From the NCBI GenBank assembly GCA_963514005.1, contig OY740781.1, forward strand, positions 125,550,001-125,614,000: 64,000 nucleotides of DNA. Reading direction: 5' to 3'. This document shows, one piece after another, positions 34,353-49,118 of the stretch. The position numbers were made by a program, and so were the translations under genes. The stretch comes from Raja brachyura. Taxonomy: Eukaryota. Under the pieces are notes generated by a model. The model searched no databases. It was not told where the DNA came from and saw only the letters and a program-made list of their open reading frames with translations. How positions within the stretch are numbered: position 1 is the first letter of the stretch; each line of letters starts with the position of its first letter.

Positions 34353-37300
34353 TCATTTTGTCCAAATCAGGAGCCAGTAGCTCTACTTGTGCCGCTGTGC
34401 TGCTCAGACTTTGAGTCTGCTCGAGAAATAGTTAAATCCATTAATAACCAATTATTTGAGATCATTTTCCTTTATGATTAATGAGTGGTTCAGCAGCAGT
34501 TTTGCTGGCAAATTTTGAATTTCTGGAGTTCTGAATCTCCAATATCTGCAAATAGGAACAAAGTCAGTTATTTCTGTCAGCTATGAAATAAAAATAAGAA
34601 GAGAAACTAAGCTCACTGATTTAATTCTCCGTGGAAAAGAGTAGTTAACTTATTTATGTCCCCGTGTGCATTAGATGGAGAGTTAATTTTCTGATCTAGA
34701 ATATCAAGGTGAAAAGGATGCCAGAGAAGGAGAGAAGAGGAGCAAAGTGTAAATCCAGAGAGAGGTATATGGGTGAATGGGGGCAGGATAGTGGGAGAAT
34801 GGGTGCACACTGGGGTGGGTCTGGGCATTGGAAAAAGAGTGAGGATAGGGGTATATCCTTACATCTGGCTTTACAGTTCAATCCTATTTTCTCTGTATCT
34901 GACACCATTTGTGTCTTTTTTTGCCTCTAGCCTGTGTAACTTGCTCCACCCATCTGCCTTCCCACTCCTCATCTGTATCCATCTATTGCTTAGGTCTTGA
35001 CCCAAAACATCACCCATTTCTTCTCTTGGGAGATTCTGCCTGTCCCATTGAGTTATTCCAGCATTTTGTGTCTATCCACCTATTACTCCCCAGGCTTTGT
35101 CCTACCCCCACCTCTCTGACAGATTCACGATAATCAGTGAATAAAGGTGATTGGAGTGCTGGAGAAACGTTGTCTTGTGGCCTCTGACTCGATCTTGTAG
35201 CCAACAGACTAGTTGACAGGGTGGTATAACTGGTGTTATGGCACACTTTATTTTTTGGGGGAATTGAGTATAAAGGTTGGGAAGTTATGTTGCAGCTTTT
35301 GGAATATTGTGCTGGTCACCCCATTACAGGAAAATCATGGAGGCTTTGGAGAGGGTGCAAAAGTAGTTCACTATGACGTTGCTTGGACTCGATAGTATTT
35401 GTTAAAAGGAGAGGTAGGATCACTGCAGATGGTGGTTTATACCAAAGATAAACAGAAAATGCTGGAGTAACTCAGTGAGTCAGGCAGCATGACTGGAGAA
35501 ATTGAATGGGCGATGTTTCGGTTTGGGATGCTCCTCAGACTGATCATGCTGATTGTTTGTTGGGGGGGGCGGCGGCAGGCAATCTGGAAGCCAGAAAATA
35601 AACAGAAGAAGTTTGTGCCAGCAACAGCTTCTCTCAGGCAGGGAGGTTCTCTGATTGATTGAATGTTAGTTAGGGATAGTGTGATCCCAGGATGGTTACA
35701 TTGTTGTGAACTAAGAAATTAGTTAATCGGCTTTTAGTGGAGCGAGGGGAGCAATAGAGTGAAGATGGAGGGTAGGAGTGTGGAGAGTGTTTGCAGAAGG
35801 TACCTAAAATTAGAGAATTCAACACTCCCCTTCCTCTTCCCCTCTTGCCCCTCCTTCTCACTAAACATTGATTAACCAGTCCCACAGGCTGCAACGATGT
35901 ATCCCTCTTGGGATCACAGTGTCCCTCACCACCAATCAGCCAATCAGGGAGCCTCCCTGCCTGAGGTCATCTGTTGACAGCACCGATTTGTTCTGATGCT
36001 TTCTTACTTTTAGTTACTCCACCCTCCACACCCCCCCCCCCCCCCCACCCCTCCACAAATGGAGAGTTTAAAGGTGTTCAGGTGCCATCACTCTGATCCA
36101 ATGTGCCCTCACCTCAACCATGTAAAGCACCTCTACTGTGCTGCCTTCATCAAGTTTCTGGCTTATGTCCTCAAAACTCAGATTAGTGAGGTAGAGTTTC
36201 CGCTCCACAAAAACATGTTGAATCTTGGCATCTGTACACAGATAGGAAATGGTGAGGATCTTCAATTAACCAGATGGAAATATTGTCATTGAGACAGAGG
36301 GGCCTAACAGAAAAGGAAAAATCAAATAATCACATTGAAAATCTACAATTTAAAAAATGCATATACTCAGCGTCAATGGAGCTAAAAGATGCTTGCTCAA
36401 AAGTTGAGAATCTGCAGCTCAAATGTACAGACAATTTCATTGGAATAGTGTCAGAGGCCCAGGACAAAGTGGTCAGAGGAAGCAGAATGGAGATTAGATT
36501 GTTTTACTATCAGAGGTCAAGGGTTAACTTTTATAATTTATTCTGCTCAGAAATACAGATGAAATCAGGGAAAAGGATATGAATGCTAAGCAAATAAGGT
36601 AAGAAGAATATAAAAAGCTATACATCTTTTGATTGGCTCAGAGAAAGTAGGCAGTTGTAAAATATATTAATGTTTATGCCCAAAAGGCTGCTCAGCAGTG
36701 ATTAATACCTATTAGGCTGTTAACAATTTATTTATGCTTGAATGTATGCTTAACTCTCTCAAGAAAGGTAATGGACAGGAATGTCAGCTTCATACCAGGG
36801 AAGTCATTTTTGTGCCAAGCCTATCAGTAAGGACAGTGAGAAGCAGACAAATGCTGGCAGTGATGTTTGGATTTCCAAGCTTCAATGCACATGCTCAGGA
36901 ACCATTCATTGTTAGCTAGGGGGCATTTGCAACCTTATCATTATGATTACATTGTGTTGCACTAAAGGTTTGAGTGACTATCATGACTGTGACAACGGAC
37001 ATAAAGAGCTATTTACATTGTTTTATTCTCATGTCCATTCCATCTAACTTAATTGTTGTCCTCATATAGTTGGTTTCCTTTCCTTTATGGACCTTTGTTT
37101 CTTTTATTGCAAAGCATTTACTGTGCAAATAAAGATAAATATTAAATTCTCTCATCATTGGTCTGGTAGTGATTTTAATTTTATGTCCTGTTACTTCTGA
37201 TTCATTAGGGCAATCATAGAATTGTTATAATTAACCACATAATGGATTCTATTATCATAGAAACATAGAAGATAGGTGCAGGAGTTGGCTATTCGGCCCT

Positions 37301-39769
37301 TCGAGCCAGCACTGCCGTTCAATATGATCATCCAAAATTAGTACCCCGTTCCTGCTTTTTCCCCATATCCCTTGATTCTGTTAGCCCTAAGAGCTAAATC
37401 TAACTCTCTCTTGAAAACAAATTAATGGCCATTTTCGCATCACCAACGACATAGAATTACAGAATTGTACAGCACAGAAATTAACTAATTTGGTTGTCAT
37501 CACCCATGCCAATCATGATGCCTATCCACACTAATCCAAGTTGCTTACATCATGCCCGTATCCTTTTATGCCTTTCCTACCCAAGAACCTGTCAAACTGC
37601 CTTTTAAACATTGTAAACCCACCACAGAGATCTTTAAATTTCTGCAATCTTGACTTACATTTTTGATAGCAAAAAACTATATGTTAGAATTGACAAATAC
37701 ATCCAGTATTGAAAATACTCATTTTGCCAATCATTACAATCACTACCTGTGGGTAAAAAAAACAAAGTTAATGTTCTAGGTCAAATACTTTTCATCGGGA
37801 ACTCATTGGAATTCTTTGGGCTGAACTTGTATTTTTTTTTACTGTATTCCATGTTTTGTTAGTCTAATAGAATAAGGAAAATAATTTATATTCATGAAAA
37901 GTAAACTCAAAACAGATATTGGTAAAACTGTCCTTGCAGAAATTGTAGTTAAAAATTGGAGTAATCAATCAGGTAGGCGAGTGGAGTCAAAAACTTGAAG
38001 GGCATCAGTGAATTCATATTGTAGTGGAAGACGAGGTTAGATGAGTCTAATTATCAAAGGGCTGAGCTTCTGTGGGCCAACCAGCTGTTTCTGATCTGCA
38101 TTTTTCCAGCATTCCTTTGTAAATGCATCAGAAGCCTCAGGTTTTTTTGACTATTCACCTACAGAAAGAGTTGTGTTAATACTGCTTAATCAACCTGATC
38201 AAATTTATTGTGCATCATTGAAACATTGCATTATTCCCACATTGGTGATAGAAACAATTAGTTCTAATCTTTTAAAGTATATTTTTAGTTTACCTGCCTG
38301 GGTATAATACAAAGAATTTTGAATCCATAGAGCCGCACTTGAGTGTTGGATTATCTTTTCATTAATTGTAGTGGGGAAAATAGTATGGTTGGAAGATTCT
38401 CCCAGACACACCTAACTCTGCATTGTGGACAGATAAAGTGTGCACAGGTGATAAAGATGGCAAAATATCACAGGACTTCAAGGAGAATGAACAAATAAAA
38501 TAATTGCTTCTCAGAAATCTGAGATCTAATGATATCTGATATTTCACTCGTACCTTCAGGCATATTTTGATATTTGCACAAGATAAATATGGATGAGAGG
38601 GTTATTTAATCTTTTTTTCATTCATCTCTTCAAAAATGATTTCCTCACTGCACCAAATTGTTTTTTTTAAATATCAAACAGTCCTATCATGCACGCCTCT
38701 ACATTAACATAACTTATAAAACATTTAACAAAATCAAAATTGTACAAAGTAAATTTTATACCATGGAATACATTACACTTTGGCCCAGATACTGTGATAG
38801 AAATATGATGAAAAGGCTATTTACTGTTCTTAAGTATATTAAGGAGAAATTTCCAATGATAAACCAAGGACAATAAATGCAAAAATCAGTAAGTTGGTAT
38901 CTGAGCTGTCTTGTTTCTCAAGAAAAAGTATTCCACTTGTGCACAGATTTGACATTAAATACATGGAAAACTATGAAGGTGCTTTACTTACATGAACAGC
39001 CTATGTACTGTCAGTAAGAGTCATCAATTCAAATTGCATTCAGGGTTTTCCACTCAAAACTTGCAAAACTTATTCAGAATCATACAAAGGTAAATATATA
39101 AAGGAATAACTGGCAAACAACCTCTGCAGCAGTCAATATTACCTTTTTCAATAATTTGTTAAAGATGAAAGAACGACACTGCATTATTTAGCCATATTCA
39201 TTGACCACAGTCTGCCAGCAGCTTGAAATGGGGCACATATCTTGCTCGTAACAAATGGTCAATTTCACAACAAACAAAGTAATTGTACCCAGCAAATATC
39301 AAGTTTAGCACAAGGAAATTTTATGATGGAAGCCACAGCATCTTCTCCAATAAAAGCAGCATATTTACAGAAAATATAAAATGAGTGCAGGGCATTTATA
39401 TAAACATGAAGTCGGTGTAAACAACTTCTGCAATGAGTTCACCAGGCTTGATTAAAAGTGTCCAATTGCCCCAATGTTGCCTAGATATCTTTATTTTATG
39501 TCCCTTTTCTCTCCCTTCCTCCTATTTATTTCACCCTGCATGCAATTTGAATTGATTAATCTTGCTTACTTATGTTTTTCTGGCTTTACAGGCAGCATGA
39601 GGGTTCAATAATATAATGGATTAAAGGATATATTATTGTTTACCCGGATCACACAGGTCCTAGATCCTCTGCTTCTATAATCATGTCACGTTCCTGTGCA
39701 AAGTTTGTCAACTGCTGACTACTGTAGACATAATGAATCACTGGAGCTCCTCCTTCACAGAATGTCCCA

Positions 39770-40335
39770 TCCGGGTTATGTTTCTGGTGTCTTTTTAGCA
39801 GTCCTTTGTGATCAAGGATGAATTGCTTCCCCTCTTGTTCAGTGGGTTCTGAAGTGGCTGATGAGGCATGTGGGAGGGGCAGGTGGGTAGGTAGTTTGAT
39901 CTATTGTGCGAGTCGCCCCTCTCCACTTTTGAGTAGTTATGGGCCAGAGATTGCCAGGAGTTTAGCAGTGGGAGTGTTTTTTCAGGGAAGCTTTAAGTAC
40001 ATTGAACATTGTTCTCTAATTATCTGGTAGTCTTTTACTGTGATGGAGCTTGTAATGGAGTATATGTTTCAGGCATTGGTGTTGCTTATGTGAACGGCAC
40101 TGTTTCCCCAGCATTGCTGACAGAGCAGTTAGAGCCTCAATGCTGGGGATGTTGGGCTGGGAGAGAGCACTGACAATGATGCACTTATTCTTTCAGAGAC
40201 AGTATTGATGGTATCTTTCCAATATCTTGAGCTGTATGCCGTATGTGGTCCAGGTCACAGCAGCATAGTGAAGAATAGAGATCTCTGTTGCCAAGTTTGA
40301 AGTCTTGATCTTTAAACATCTTTTTCCTCAAGTAA
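39770..40335 (-). mobile_element. RTE-clade LINE remnant
   Basis: LRKKMFKDQDFKLG...TWTTY..QLKILERYHQYCL-type remnants on the minus strand. Confidence 0.55.
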
Positions 40336-40929
40336 CTGGACTTTATTGTGCACTGAACATTATTCACTTTATCCTGTATCTGTACACTGTGGACGGCTTG
40401 ATTCTAATCATAGTCTTTTCGCTGACTGGATAGCATGCAGAGAAACAATTTTTCGCTGTACCTGGGTACATGTGACAATAATAAACTAAACTAAATGAAA
40501 CAAAGGTGGCAGTGCACTATCGGGACTTCTCTTCCTTGAATCCAGGACATTGCGTGCAAACGTTGCTTGTCCAAGGCCAGCAGCATTATAAAAGACCCCA
40601 CACATCTCCATCATGGACTGTTCACTCTGCTGCCCTCGGGCAAAAGGTATCGCAGTATAAGGAGAAGAACGACCAGGTTTTTCAACAGCTTCTTACCCCG
40701 AGCCATCAGACTCTTGAATTCCATATAATGTGCCACCACTATTATCTATTTTATCTATTTTATCTTTTTATCTATTATATCCTTTTGTTTTATGTTGCAC
40801 AGCGAGCCAGATGCAACAAAATTTTGTTCAGACTTGCATTTGTTGGTGTATTTTTGAATGACAATAAAGTCTTTGATTGATTTGATTTTGACTGACTATA
40901 GGCAATGGAGGATTTCATCACTGGGCTGG

Positions 40930-41253
40930 CTTGGTGGTGCTGCAGTAGAGCTACTGAAATACAACACCAGAGACCCGAGTTCGATTCTGACTAAGGGTGC
41001 TGTCTGTATGGAGTTTGCACCTGCATGAGTTTCCCGTGACGTGCGTGAGTTTACTCCAAGATCTTCAGAATACTCCTACACTCCAAAGACATACAGGTTT
41101 GTTGGTTAATTGGCTAGGTATCAATGTATAAATGTTTTAAAAAAATTGGCCCTAGTGTGTGTAGGGTAGTGTTAGTGTGCAGGAATCGCTGGTTGGTGCA
41201 GACTTGGTGGGCCGAATGGACCCGTTTCCACGCTGCATCTCTAAACTAAACTA
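40930..41253 (+). mobile_element. V-SINE (HE1-like)
   Basis: Head with B-box-like GAGTTCGATTCT, V-domain, CTAAACTAAACT tail. Confidence 0.8.
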
Positions 41254-44200
41254 GACTGATTTGAACCATTGCCGAGTGGTGGCTTCCTAGATATGAGAAG
41301 TGGTTTGCATATTCCATGTTCTCTCCAGGTCGCCTTATTGTCAGATAAAATGTGGTGAAGTGGTTGCAGGTTAGTAGAGGATCTTTGGTGTGGACTGTTG
41401 AATGTAAGGCCCATCCTATCACACACATCAACAATGATTTGATCTCGCCCTAAAAGCATTAGCAAGGGGCAAATGTTCTGCATACTGCATGATGACCACT
41501 GAGATTTTGGAGTAGCCAGAAAATGAAAAATTATAGAAAAGAGATTGATCAGTTAGTCATACAGAGTGAATTTGGCCACAGTCGCCGTGCTGTCACATTC
41601 CATTTTTCTTACCCTCTTAATAAACTCAGCCTTCCCCTTCCGAGCAATTCCCACTCAACTACATGAGGAACAATTTACAATGGCCTGTTAACCTAACTAA
41701 CGGCACATTTTTAGCATGTGGGAAGTAACCAGAGCTTCTAGAGGAAACCCATGCAGTCACATGGAAAACATGCAAACTCCACACACAGCAACCAAAATCG
41801 ATATTCGTCATGGGTCTCTGGAGCTGCAAGGTGGTAGTATAAAAATATTGGGCAATCGCCCTGCTTTGTTTGATACAGATTTATTGAGATTGTCTCCATT
41901 GCAGTCCCATTAGTTAAGATCATGGGTTGCATGCCATCATAAAGCAAGCGTAAGATGGAGAATGATTTTTACAGACTGTTGAAATGGGAATAGCTCTCCA
42001 TCAACCCTCCATACTGCTAGAGGTAAAACTTCAATGGAGTTGAAGAAACCATGTTGTTGCTGGGCTCCCTGCTCCTCTCTTGGTATTATCACACGGTGAA
42101 GATTATGCCCAGTGTGTTTTTGATGAACCTCTTACCTGATCCAATATTGCTGCTGTTTAATTTTGTCCTAAATTAATGTGCTCATTCAAGAAAGAAAAAA
42201 TAGAATAATGGAGGTGAGGACTTCTTTTAATGCACACGTTGGATTAGATCATAAAATGGGGGGATATGGATCATGTGCAGGCATATGAGAATAATTTATC
42301 CTGTCATTATGTTTGGCATAGACACTTGGGGCCAACGGGCCTGTCCCTGTGCTGTACTATTCTATGTTCTGTATCAACAGGTCCCAAAATGTAATTTTAA
42401 TTTAAGAGCTCTGTGATGAGTTTGGGAGAATGATTTATCCTGTATAAATTCATGGAACTATGATGGCTGTGGCCATTAGGGAGAATGGGTTGCAAGAGGA
42501 ACAGGATAGGCAGCTCAATGTTCCAGGATTTTGCTGTTTCAGATGGCATAGGGTTAGGTTAGAAATGTGGAGGAGTTATATAACCAATCAGCAAAAATGT
42601 TGCAGCAGCATTCAGAGAGGACATACTGGAGGGTTCGTCAACTGTGGCAATATAGATAGAGCTCAAAAATAAGACAAATGCAATTACTTTGATGAGATTA
42701 TACGATAGTCTTCCCAACAGTTAGTAGTTGATCGAAGAATAGATATGTGGGCAGATTATGGAAAGATTGTCATAGTGTGTGACTTTAATTTCCCCAATAT
42801 TGACTGGGATATCTTAATTTTCAGAACTGATATCAAATCTGTCTACATTTTGACATGATATTCAATCTGATCTGTGTTTCTGCCATTCAGAGGGAAGGCG
42901 CTCGTGTCCTTCCCATGTTACAATCAGTACAATATGTACAGGATAGCAAATGATCAAATCAGCACCATGAACAATATTTAACATTTAAGATATGGAGATT
43001 TTCTTAATAAATTAGAACATAAGAACTGTGCCACGTCTGATGTAAGTAAATCCCATGTTTGACAGCATTCTTATTTTTAGTCATAGGTTTATTTGTAAAA
43101 TGTCCCCCTCAATTAATGCAAAATATTGAGTTTTTATTGTCCATATTAATATCAACAAGAAAATAAAATTTCAATATAAATTCAAATTAAAAACAATATT
43201 GGGATATTGGTACATTATTGTCTTCTCTGTTTATTAAAATAATACAATTTTAGCAAATGCTATTTTTAAATATGTTAAAATTGAAATGGGAAATAATTGA
43301 AACCATGGGGACAATATTGTACTAATATGCCGATATGGATTTAAGTTTGAGCACACATTACGTCCAACTTTAAAATTTTACTGTATGAATTGAGCCTGAA
43401 AATTAATGAGCCTAAGCCAATTTAGGAACAGAATGAAATCACAATGTTTCAAATATTTTATCTATGTTTGTATCCCATTATATATAATTGCTAAGCAGAT
43501 TTCTACGTTACATATATTTATTCTAATTTTTTATTGAGAAATTTACTGCATTTCTAATTTTAATGTCATTATTTTAATTATAAAAATCACACATTTTAAT
43601 GGTATGTAATAAATGTCAAATATTGGAAATAATTTGTAATAGATTTCAAATAATATTTACATTGAAGCATGCAATAACTACCTAAAATGATTGAAAATTG
43701 CACCATGTTCAACAGAAAACTGAACATTATAAAATATAATAGTTAAAAAAAAACCACATAATTGAAGATAATAAAAGCAGAGCTGACTACTACTTATTCA
43801 TGCAGTACAGATGACTTTGCTAGCCCCTTGACCTTCAGTTTCACGGTCAATTTTTGATTGGATTACTATCTTTCAACTTGGATGCTTTATTCCACACTTT
43901 GATATTTCACATGGCATTTTTCATGATGTGAAGGGGAAGGATGGCTGGAAAAGCAACAAAGTCTCATGGATAAGGGATCTGTAGGGACAAGCTTGAGAAG
44001 CACATCATGAGGGTGGGGTATCATATTGAAAGCAGGATTGAGTTGCAGTAATATTTATGGAGTGTAAGCTACCCTCTGAGCTACCAGAAGCTCTGAGTAT
44101 TCTGTTTAGTCTGTGTAGTGACTGTTTTATATTGCACCAATGGGAGTCGTGGAAGTGGGCATAAAATATCTGCTGGTGGGGATGCTCACTCCCATTTGAC

Positions 44201-44859
44201 AGATCACTAATGAGATGTTAATGACTAGGGATCACTATTTGTGTCAGGCATAGAGCTAAATAAATCCATGTTTTCCCCAATATTGACCATCAGTTCTGAA
44301 TCTTTCACATATCCATGACAAGCATGTTATTCATCTATTACAAACAAGACCACTGATTAGTGATTGGTTGAAGAAAAGGTGCAGTTGCAGCATAAGATCC
44401 TGAAAATGTTTAATTATAATGAAGATTGAATTTAGTTATTGAGACAAAAGAAAACAACAGACCTGATTATTAATGATCCAGATCATAGAAAGCAATCCCG
44501 AAAAATCCACTAAACCTTCCTCGATTTTTCTAAGAAACTACAGATCTTGATTTATTATTTCAGAGTATAACAGTGAGACTAATGATAAGACGTGGTGAAA
44601 TAATTTAACCTGTTGAAAAGGGCTTGCAACATTCACCTTCAGAGGAAGACAAGGGGAGACTAGAATTCTGATACATGCTTCTGAAATGAAAATATCTTTA
44701 CTGGAAGCACAAATTATGAGAAGTTGCTCATTACAGTACATGGTAATTGAAATGTATTCATACATATTCATGTGTATGTTAATGAGTTGGTGTTCAATAT
44801 ATGCAAGGAATGCTGGGTAATAAATCTCTCTCTCGTGATCCAGTCAACCAGTGTGTAAA

Positions 44860-45380
44860 GGGCCTGTCCCACTAACGAGACTTTTCAACGACTGTCTTCG
44901 ACCTTCAAGCTCGAGGGCACTCCCCTGAAAAACCTCGAGCTGGATCGACCGTCAGCAATGAAACCGCGAGCTGGATCAACCATCTGTGCACACAAACACT
45001 TTGCAAAGGTGGGGGTCAGGGAAAGTCGGGGAGCAAGGTCTGAAATTAACACGTGATGAAAAGGAAGGTAAAAGTCGGCAGGTGCAGTTACGGTAAGTAC
45101 TTTAGAGAGAGAGGAGGGGAGAAGGAGTGGAGACACTTTTAAGAAGCCAGACTACTTTTAATAAAGTTTAGCGGGCATTTAACATTACCGGTCAGTTTAC
45201 CTACTTTTTTTTCTCAACAAGCTTTATCTTCGATTATCTTCGATTACCTACAATAGCATTATGACCTACCTTGACTAAACCTACGAGTAAAAAAAATATT
45301 GATTTTTTCCATGGCAACCTTTTTTTACTCTGGCATTTTTCAGCATGTTGAAAAATTAATTCAGCATGTTGAAAAAATTA
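44860..45380. mobile_element. Truncated Harbinger-type MITE (same family as 49841-50552)
   Basis: TAA then AGGGCCTGTCCCACT; collinear with 49841-50400; right TIR absent. Confidence 0.8.
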
Positions 45381-45394
45381 CAAATCTATTTCAA

Positions 45395-46295
45395 TTTAAA
45401 TTTGCAGACAACACTACCATTGTGGACCGAATATCAAACAATGATGAGACTGGGTGTAGGAAGGAGATTGTGTCCTGGTGTTGAGACAACAATCTTTCTC
45501 CCAATGTGAGCAAGACAAAGGAGATGGTGATCGACTTCAGGAAGCGATACATGTACCCCAGTTTACATTTGCGGCGCCAAAGTAGAGATGGTTAGAAACT
45601 TCAAATTCCAAGGAGTCAATATCACAAACAACTTCTCCAAGACCACCCATATTGAAGCAATGACCAAGAAAGCACACTAATGCCTCCTCCTCCTTAGAAG
45701 GCTTAGGAAGTTTGGCATGTCCCCTACCACTCTTAACTTCTATCGATGCACCGTAGAAAACATTTTACTAGGATACATCATAACTTGCATTGGGAACAGC
45801 TCCATCTAAGACCGTAAGAAATTACAGCAAATTGGAGATGCAGCCCAGACCATCACACAAAGTAACCTCCCTTCTATTGACTGCATTTATACCTCACACT
45901 GTCTTGGCAAGGCCAGCAGCATAATCAAGGACGAGTCGCACCCTGGCCATTTACACTTCTCACCTCTCCTATCAGGCAAAAGGGTTGGAAGTGTGAAAAC
46001 ACACACCTCCAGATTCAGGGACAATTTCTTCCTAGCTATTATCAGGCAACTGAATCGTCCTTCCACAACCAGAGAGCAGTGCCGAACTACTATCTACCTC
46101 TTTGGCGACCCTTGGACTATCCTTGATCAGACATTGCTGGCATTTCCTTGCACTAAATGTTATTCCCTTATCATTGTAAATGGCTAGGTTGTAATCATGT
46201 GTTGTCTTTCTGCTAACTGGATAGCACTCAACAAAAACAAAAGCTTTTTGCTCTACCTCGTTACACATGACAATAAACTAAACTAAACCAAATTA
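45395..46295 (+). mobile_element. Rex1/Babar-like LINE 3' part
   Basis: KFADNTTIVDRISNNDETGCRKEI, SKTKEMVIDFRK, IIKDESHPGH, RFRDNFF; (TAAAC)n tail. Confidence 0.8.
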
Positions 46296-46920
46296 AAGGT
46301 AGACAAAAATGCTGGAGAAACTCATCGGGTGAGGCAGCATCTATGGAGGGAAGGAAATGGACAACGTTTTGGTTCGAAACCCTTCTTCAGACTAAACTAA
46401 ATTAAACAAACTAAACTTTACTGGCTAGCATGCAGCAAAAAGGTTTTCACTGTTCCTCAACATCCATTACAATAATAAACTAAATGGTGGTGCAGTGGGG
46501 GGTGGCGCAGTGTCTCAGCGGTAAAATTGCTGCCTAATAACACCAGGACTTTTTTTTTCCCACACTAAGGTTGCTGTCTGTAAGGCGTTTGTATGTTTTC
46601 CAATTAACGTGGTTTAATTGACTTTGATAAGAATTGTAAATTGTCCCTAGAATGCAAAAACACATTTGCTTTATTTCGGTAAATTCAGTTACTTTTATAA
46701 CTGCAGCTTAGCAACACTGCTAAGCATTGTGGGCTCTGCTGTCAGCTCTGACTCAGTCGCATTAGTAAGGTTACATCTGTGGTAGTCTGTGCCAATCCGT
46801 AGATTACTCTCTAATACCAGATAATTTTTCTCGCTAACGAATCTAGGGCTTCTACGCAAACAACGTTAACTTCTTTCCTTCGTAAACAAGCTGAGGAGTG
46901 TTACAAGAATAACGTACAAG

Positions 46921-47318
46921 TCTTTCCAGGTGTGAAAGATGTTCACCTGCACCTCCAACCTCATCTATTGCATCCGCTGCTCTAGATGTCAGCTGATCTA
47001 CATCGGTGAAACCAAGTGTAGGCTTGGCGATTGCTTTGCCAAACACCTCTGCTCGGTTCGCAATAACCAACCTCCCGGTGGCTCAACACTTCAACTCCCC
47101 CTCCCATTCCGAATCCGACCTCTCCGTCCTGGGCCTCCTCCATGGTCAGAGTGAGGACCACCAGAAATTGGAGGAGTAGCACCTCATATTTTGCTTGGGC
47201 AGTTTGTACCCCAGCGGTATGAACATTGACTTCTCTAATTTCAGGTAGTCCTTACTGTCTCCTCCCCTTAGCTCTCCCTCTAGCCCTCTGGCTCCTTCTC
47301 TTCCTTTCTTCTTCCCAC

Positions 47319-47352
<34 letters not shown>

Positions 47353-47486
47353 ACCCTCACATCAGTCTGAAGAAGAGTTTCGGCCCAAAATGTTTCCTTC
47401 ACTTCATAGATGCTGCCTCACCTGCTGAGTTTCTCCAGCATTTTTGTCTACCTTCGATTTTCCAGCATCTGCAGTTCATTCTTAAA
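46921..47486 (+). mobile_element. 5'-truncated Penelope element with 13-bp TSD
   Basis: GIY-YIG NLIYCIRCSRCQLIYIGETKCRL; terminal module 47363-47486; TSD AATAACGTACAAG (46908-20, 47487-99). Confidence 0.88.
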
Positions 47487-48206
47487 AATAACGTACAAGA
47501 GACTGGTTATAGTAAAAGTGACAAAAGCTGTGTTTTGCCTGCTTCTAGTTCAAATTTTCTAACTGGGTCCAAATGTAGTTCTGAAAGTAATGATGTTTCG
47601 AAGTCAGGCTTGTTTCCCTGTTCAGGTGTTTGGATTGAAAAAATGTGGAAGAAAAATAAATAAATGTATCCCTGGTTAGACTAAAAACAATGATAAACCT
47701 GGGTGTAAAGTATGTGCAAACAGAAGCAATCTGACACTTTTCACTTCTGAGGGTTTGAGGCTGTCAAATGAATGGCAAATGTACCCAATGTCATATTATG
47801 GAGCTAATCGAAGTACATGCTTGAAGTCTCCCAGAGAAAAAAATTGTTGATTGCAAACTATTAAAAGCTCACACTGCTGCTCTGCATGTTGAAAATAAGG
47901 CTAGTGAAGATGCTCTTGGGAAATTATGTGTCACCATCAATGCTTTGCATCTAAAGGCAACTTGTTCAATTTTTCCGTTTGCATATTATTTAGCTCAGAA
48001 TGACGGGCCATACTCTCATCACTTTGGCTTACTGGAACTTCAAAACAAAAATGGTATTGACATTGGAATTGGACTGCATTCCCGCACTAGTGCAACAAAG
48101 ATCGTTAACTATGTAGCCATATCAAGCAGATAAATGGCAACATTTCTGTTCCCATTGATGAAACAACAAGCCTAAGCATCAAGACAGCCCTAATAGTTTA
48201 TTTGAA

Positions 48207-48482
48207 AACAAAGAAAATAGGTGCACTAGTAGGCCATTCGGCCCTTCGAGCCTGCACCGCCATTCAATATGATCATGGCTGATCATTCAACTCGGTATCC
48301 TGTACCTGCCTTCTTTCCACACTCCCTGATCCCTTTAGCCACAAGGGCCACATCCAACTCCCTCTTAAATATAGCCAATGAACTGGCCTCAACTACCTTC
48401 TGTGGCAGAGAATTCCAGAGACTCACCACGCTCTGTGTGAAAAATGTTTTCCTCATCTCGGTCCTCAAGGAATTCCCCCTTA
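48207..48482 (-). mobile_element. CR1 3' fragment inside the hAT transposase
   Basis: RTEMRKTFFTQSVVSLWNSLPQKVVEASSL plus 3'UTR. Confidence 0.85.
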
Positions 48483-48828
48483 AAAGTGATGAGGAAGGTG
48501 ATCCCCATTCTATGTTTCTTGATCTAATTGAACGGCCTGATCAGGAAGCTGCTACTATTGCTAAGCATCGTTTCAACTGTCTCAGTAACCATGGATTTGA
48601 TGGCTCTAACTTGAAACACAACCTTGTAGCATTTGCTAGTGATGGGGCGAGCGTAATGCTTGGTGTCAAATCTGGTGTTGCTACAATTCTCAAGGAACTT
48701 TACCCTGATACGATAATTTGGCACTGTCTTAATTACAGATTACAACTTGCAGTAGATGATTCGATGAGAGAAGTTCATGGAAATAATAATTTTCAATAAT
48801 TTATGGACAAATTATACTCTGTTTACGG

Positions 48829-49118
48829 TATGTTTAAGATAGTCCTTGTATGTTTCAAGTGGTCCTTACTTTCTCCCTGCAGATGTCCTTGCTTTCTCCT
48901 TGAACATTGACTTCTCCAATTTCAGGTAGTCCTTGCTTTCTCCCTCCTACCCCTCCCCTCCTCAGCTCTCCAACAGCCTACTGTCTCCGCCTCTTCCTTT
49001 CTTCTTCCTGCCCCACCTCCACATCAGTCTGAAGAAGGGTCTCGACCCGAAACGTTACATATTCCTTCACTCCATAGATGCTGCCTCACCCGCTGATTTT
49101 CTCTAGTATTTTGTTTAC
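48829..49118 (+). mobile_element. Penelope 3'-terminal fragment inside the hAT transposase
   Basis: ATTGACTTCTCCAATTTCAGGTAG end of ORF plus terminal module; imperfect 12-bp TSD CTCTGTTTACGG / CTCTTTTTACAG. Confidence 0.75.
49025..49060 (+). ncRNA. Minimal hammerhead-ribozyme-like core (Penelope-associated)
   Basis: CTGAAGA-A-GGGTC-TC-GACCC-GAAAC-GTT: conserved core, perfect stem II, palindromic AACGTT stem III; stem I is only about 2 bp in cis. Confidence 0.6.

Noticed and set aside
43985-44062. Possible host exon (TGTAG...GTAAG)
   Set aside because: All three frames contain stops and the acceptor lacks a pyrimidine tract.
47321-47352. Long poly-C run (similar runs at ~3457, ~9065 and ~36031)
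   Set aside because: Homopolymer expansion in repeat UTRs; length unreliable in assemblies.
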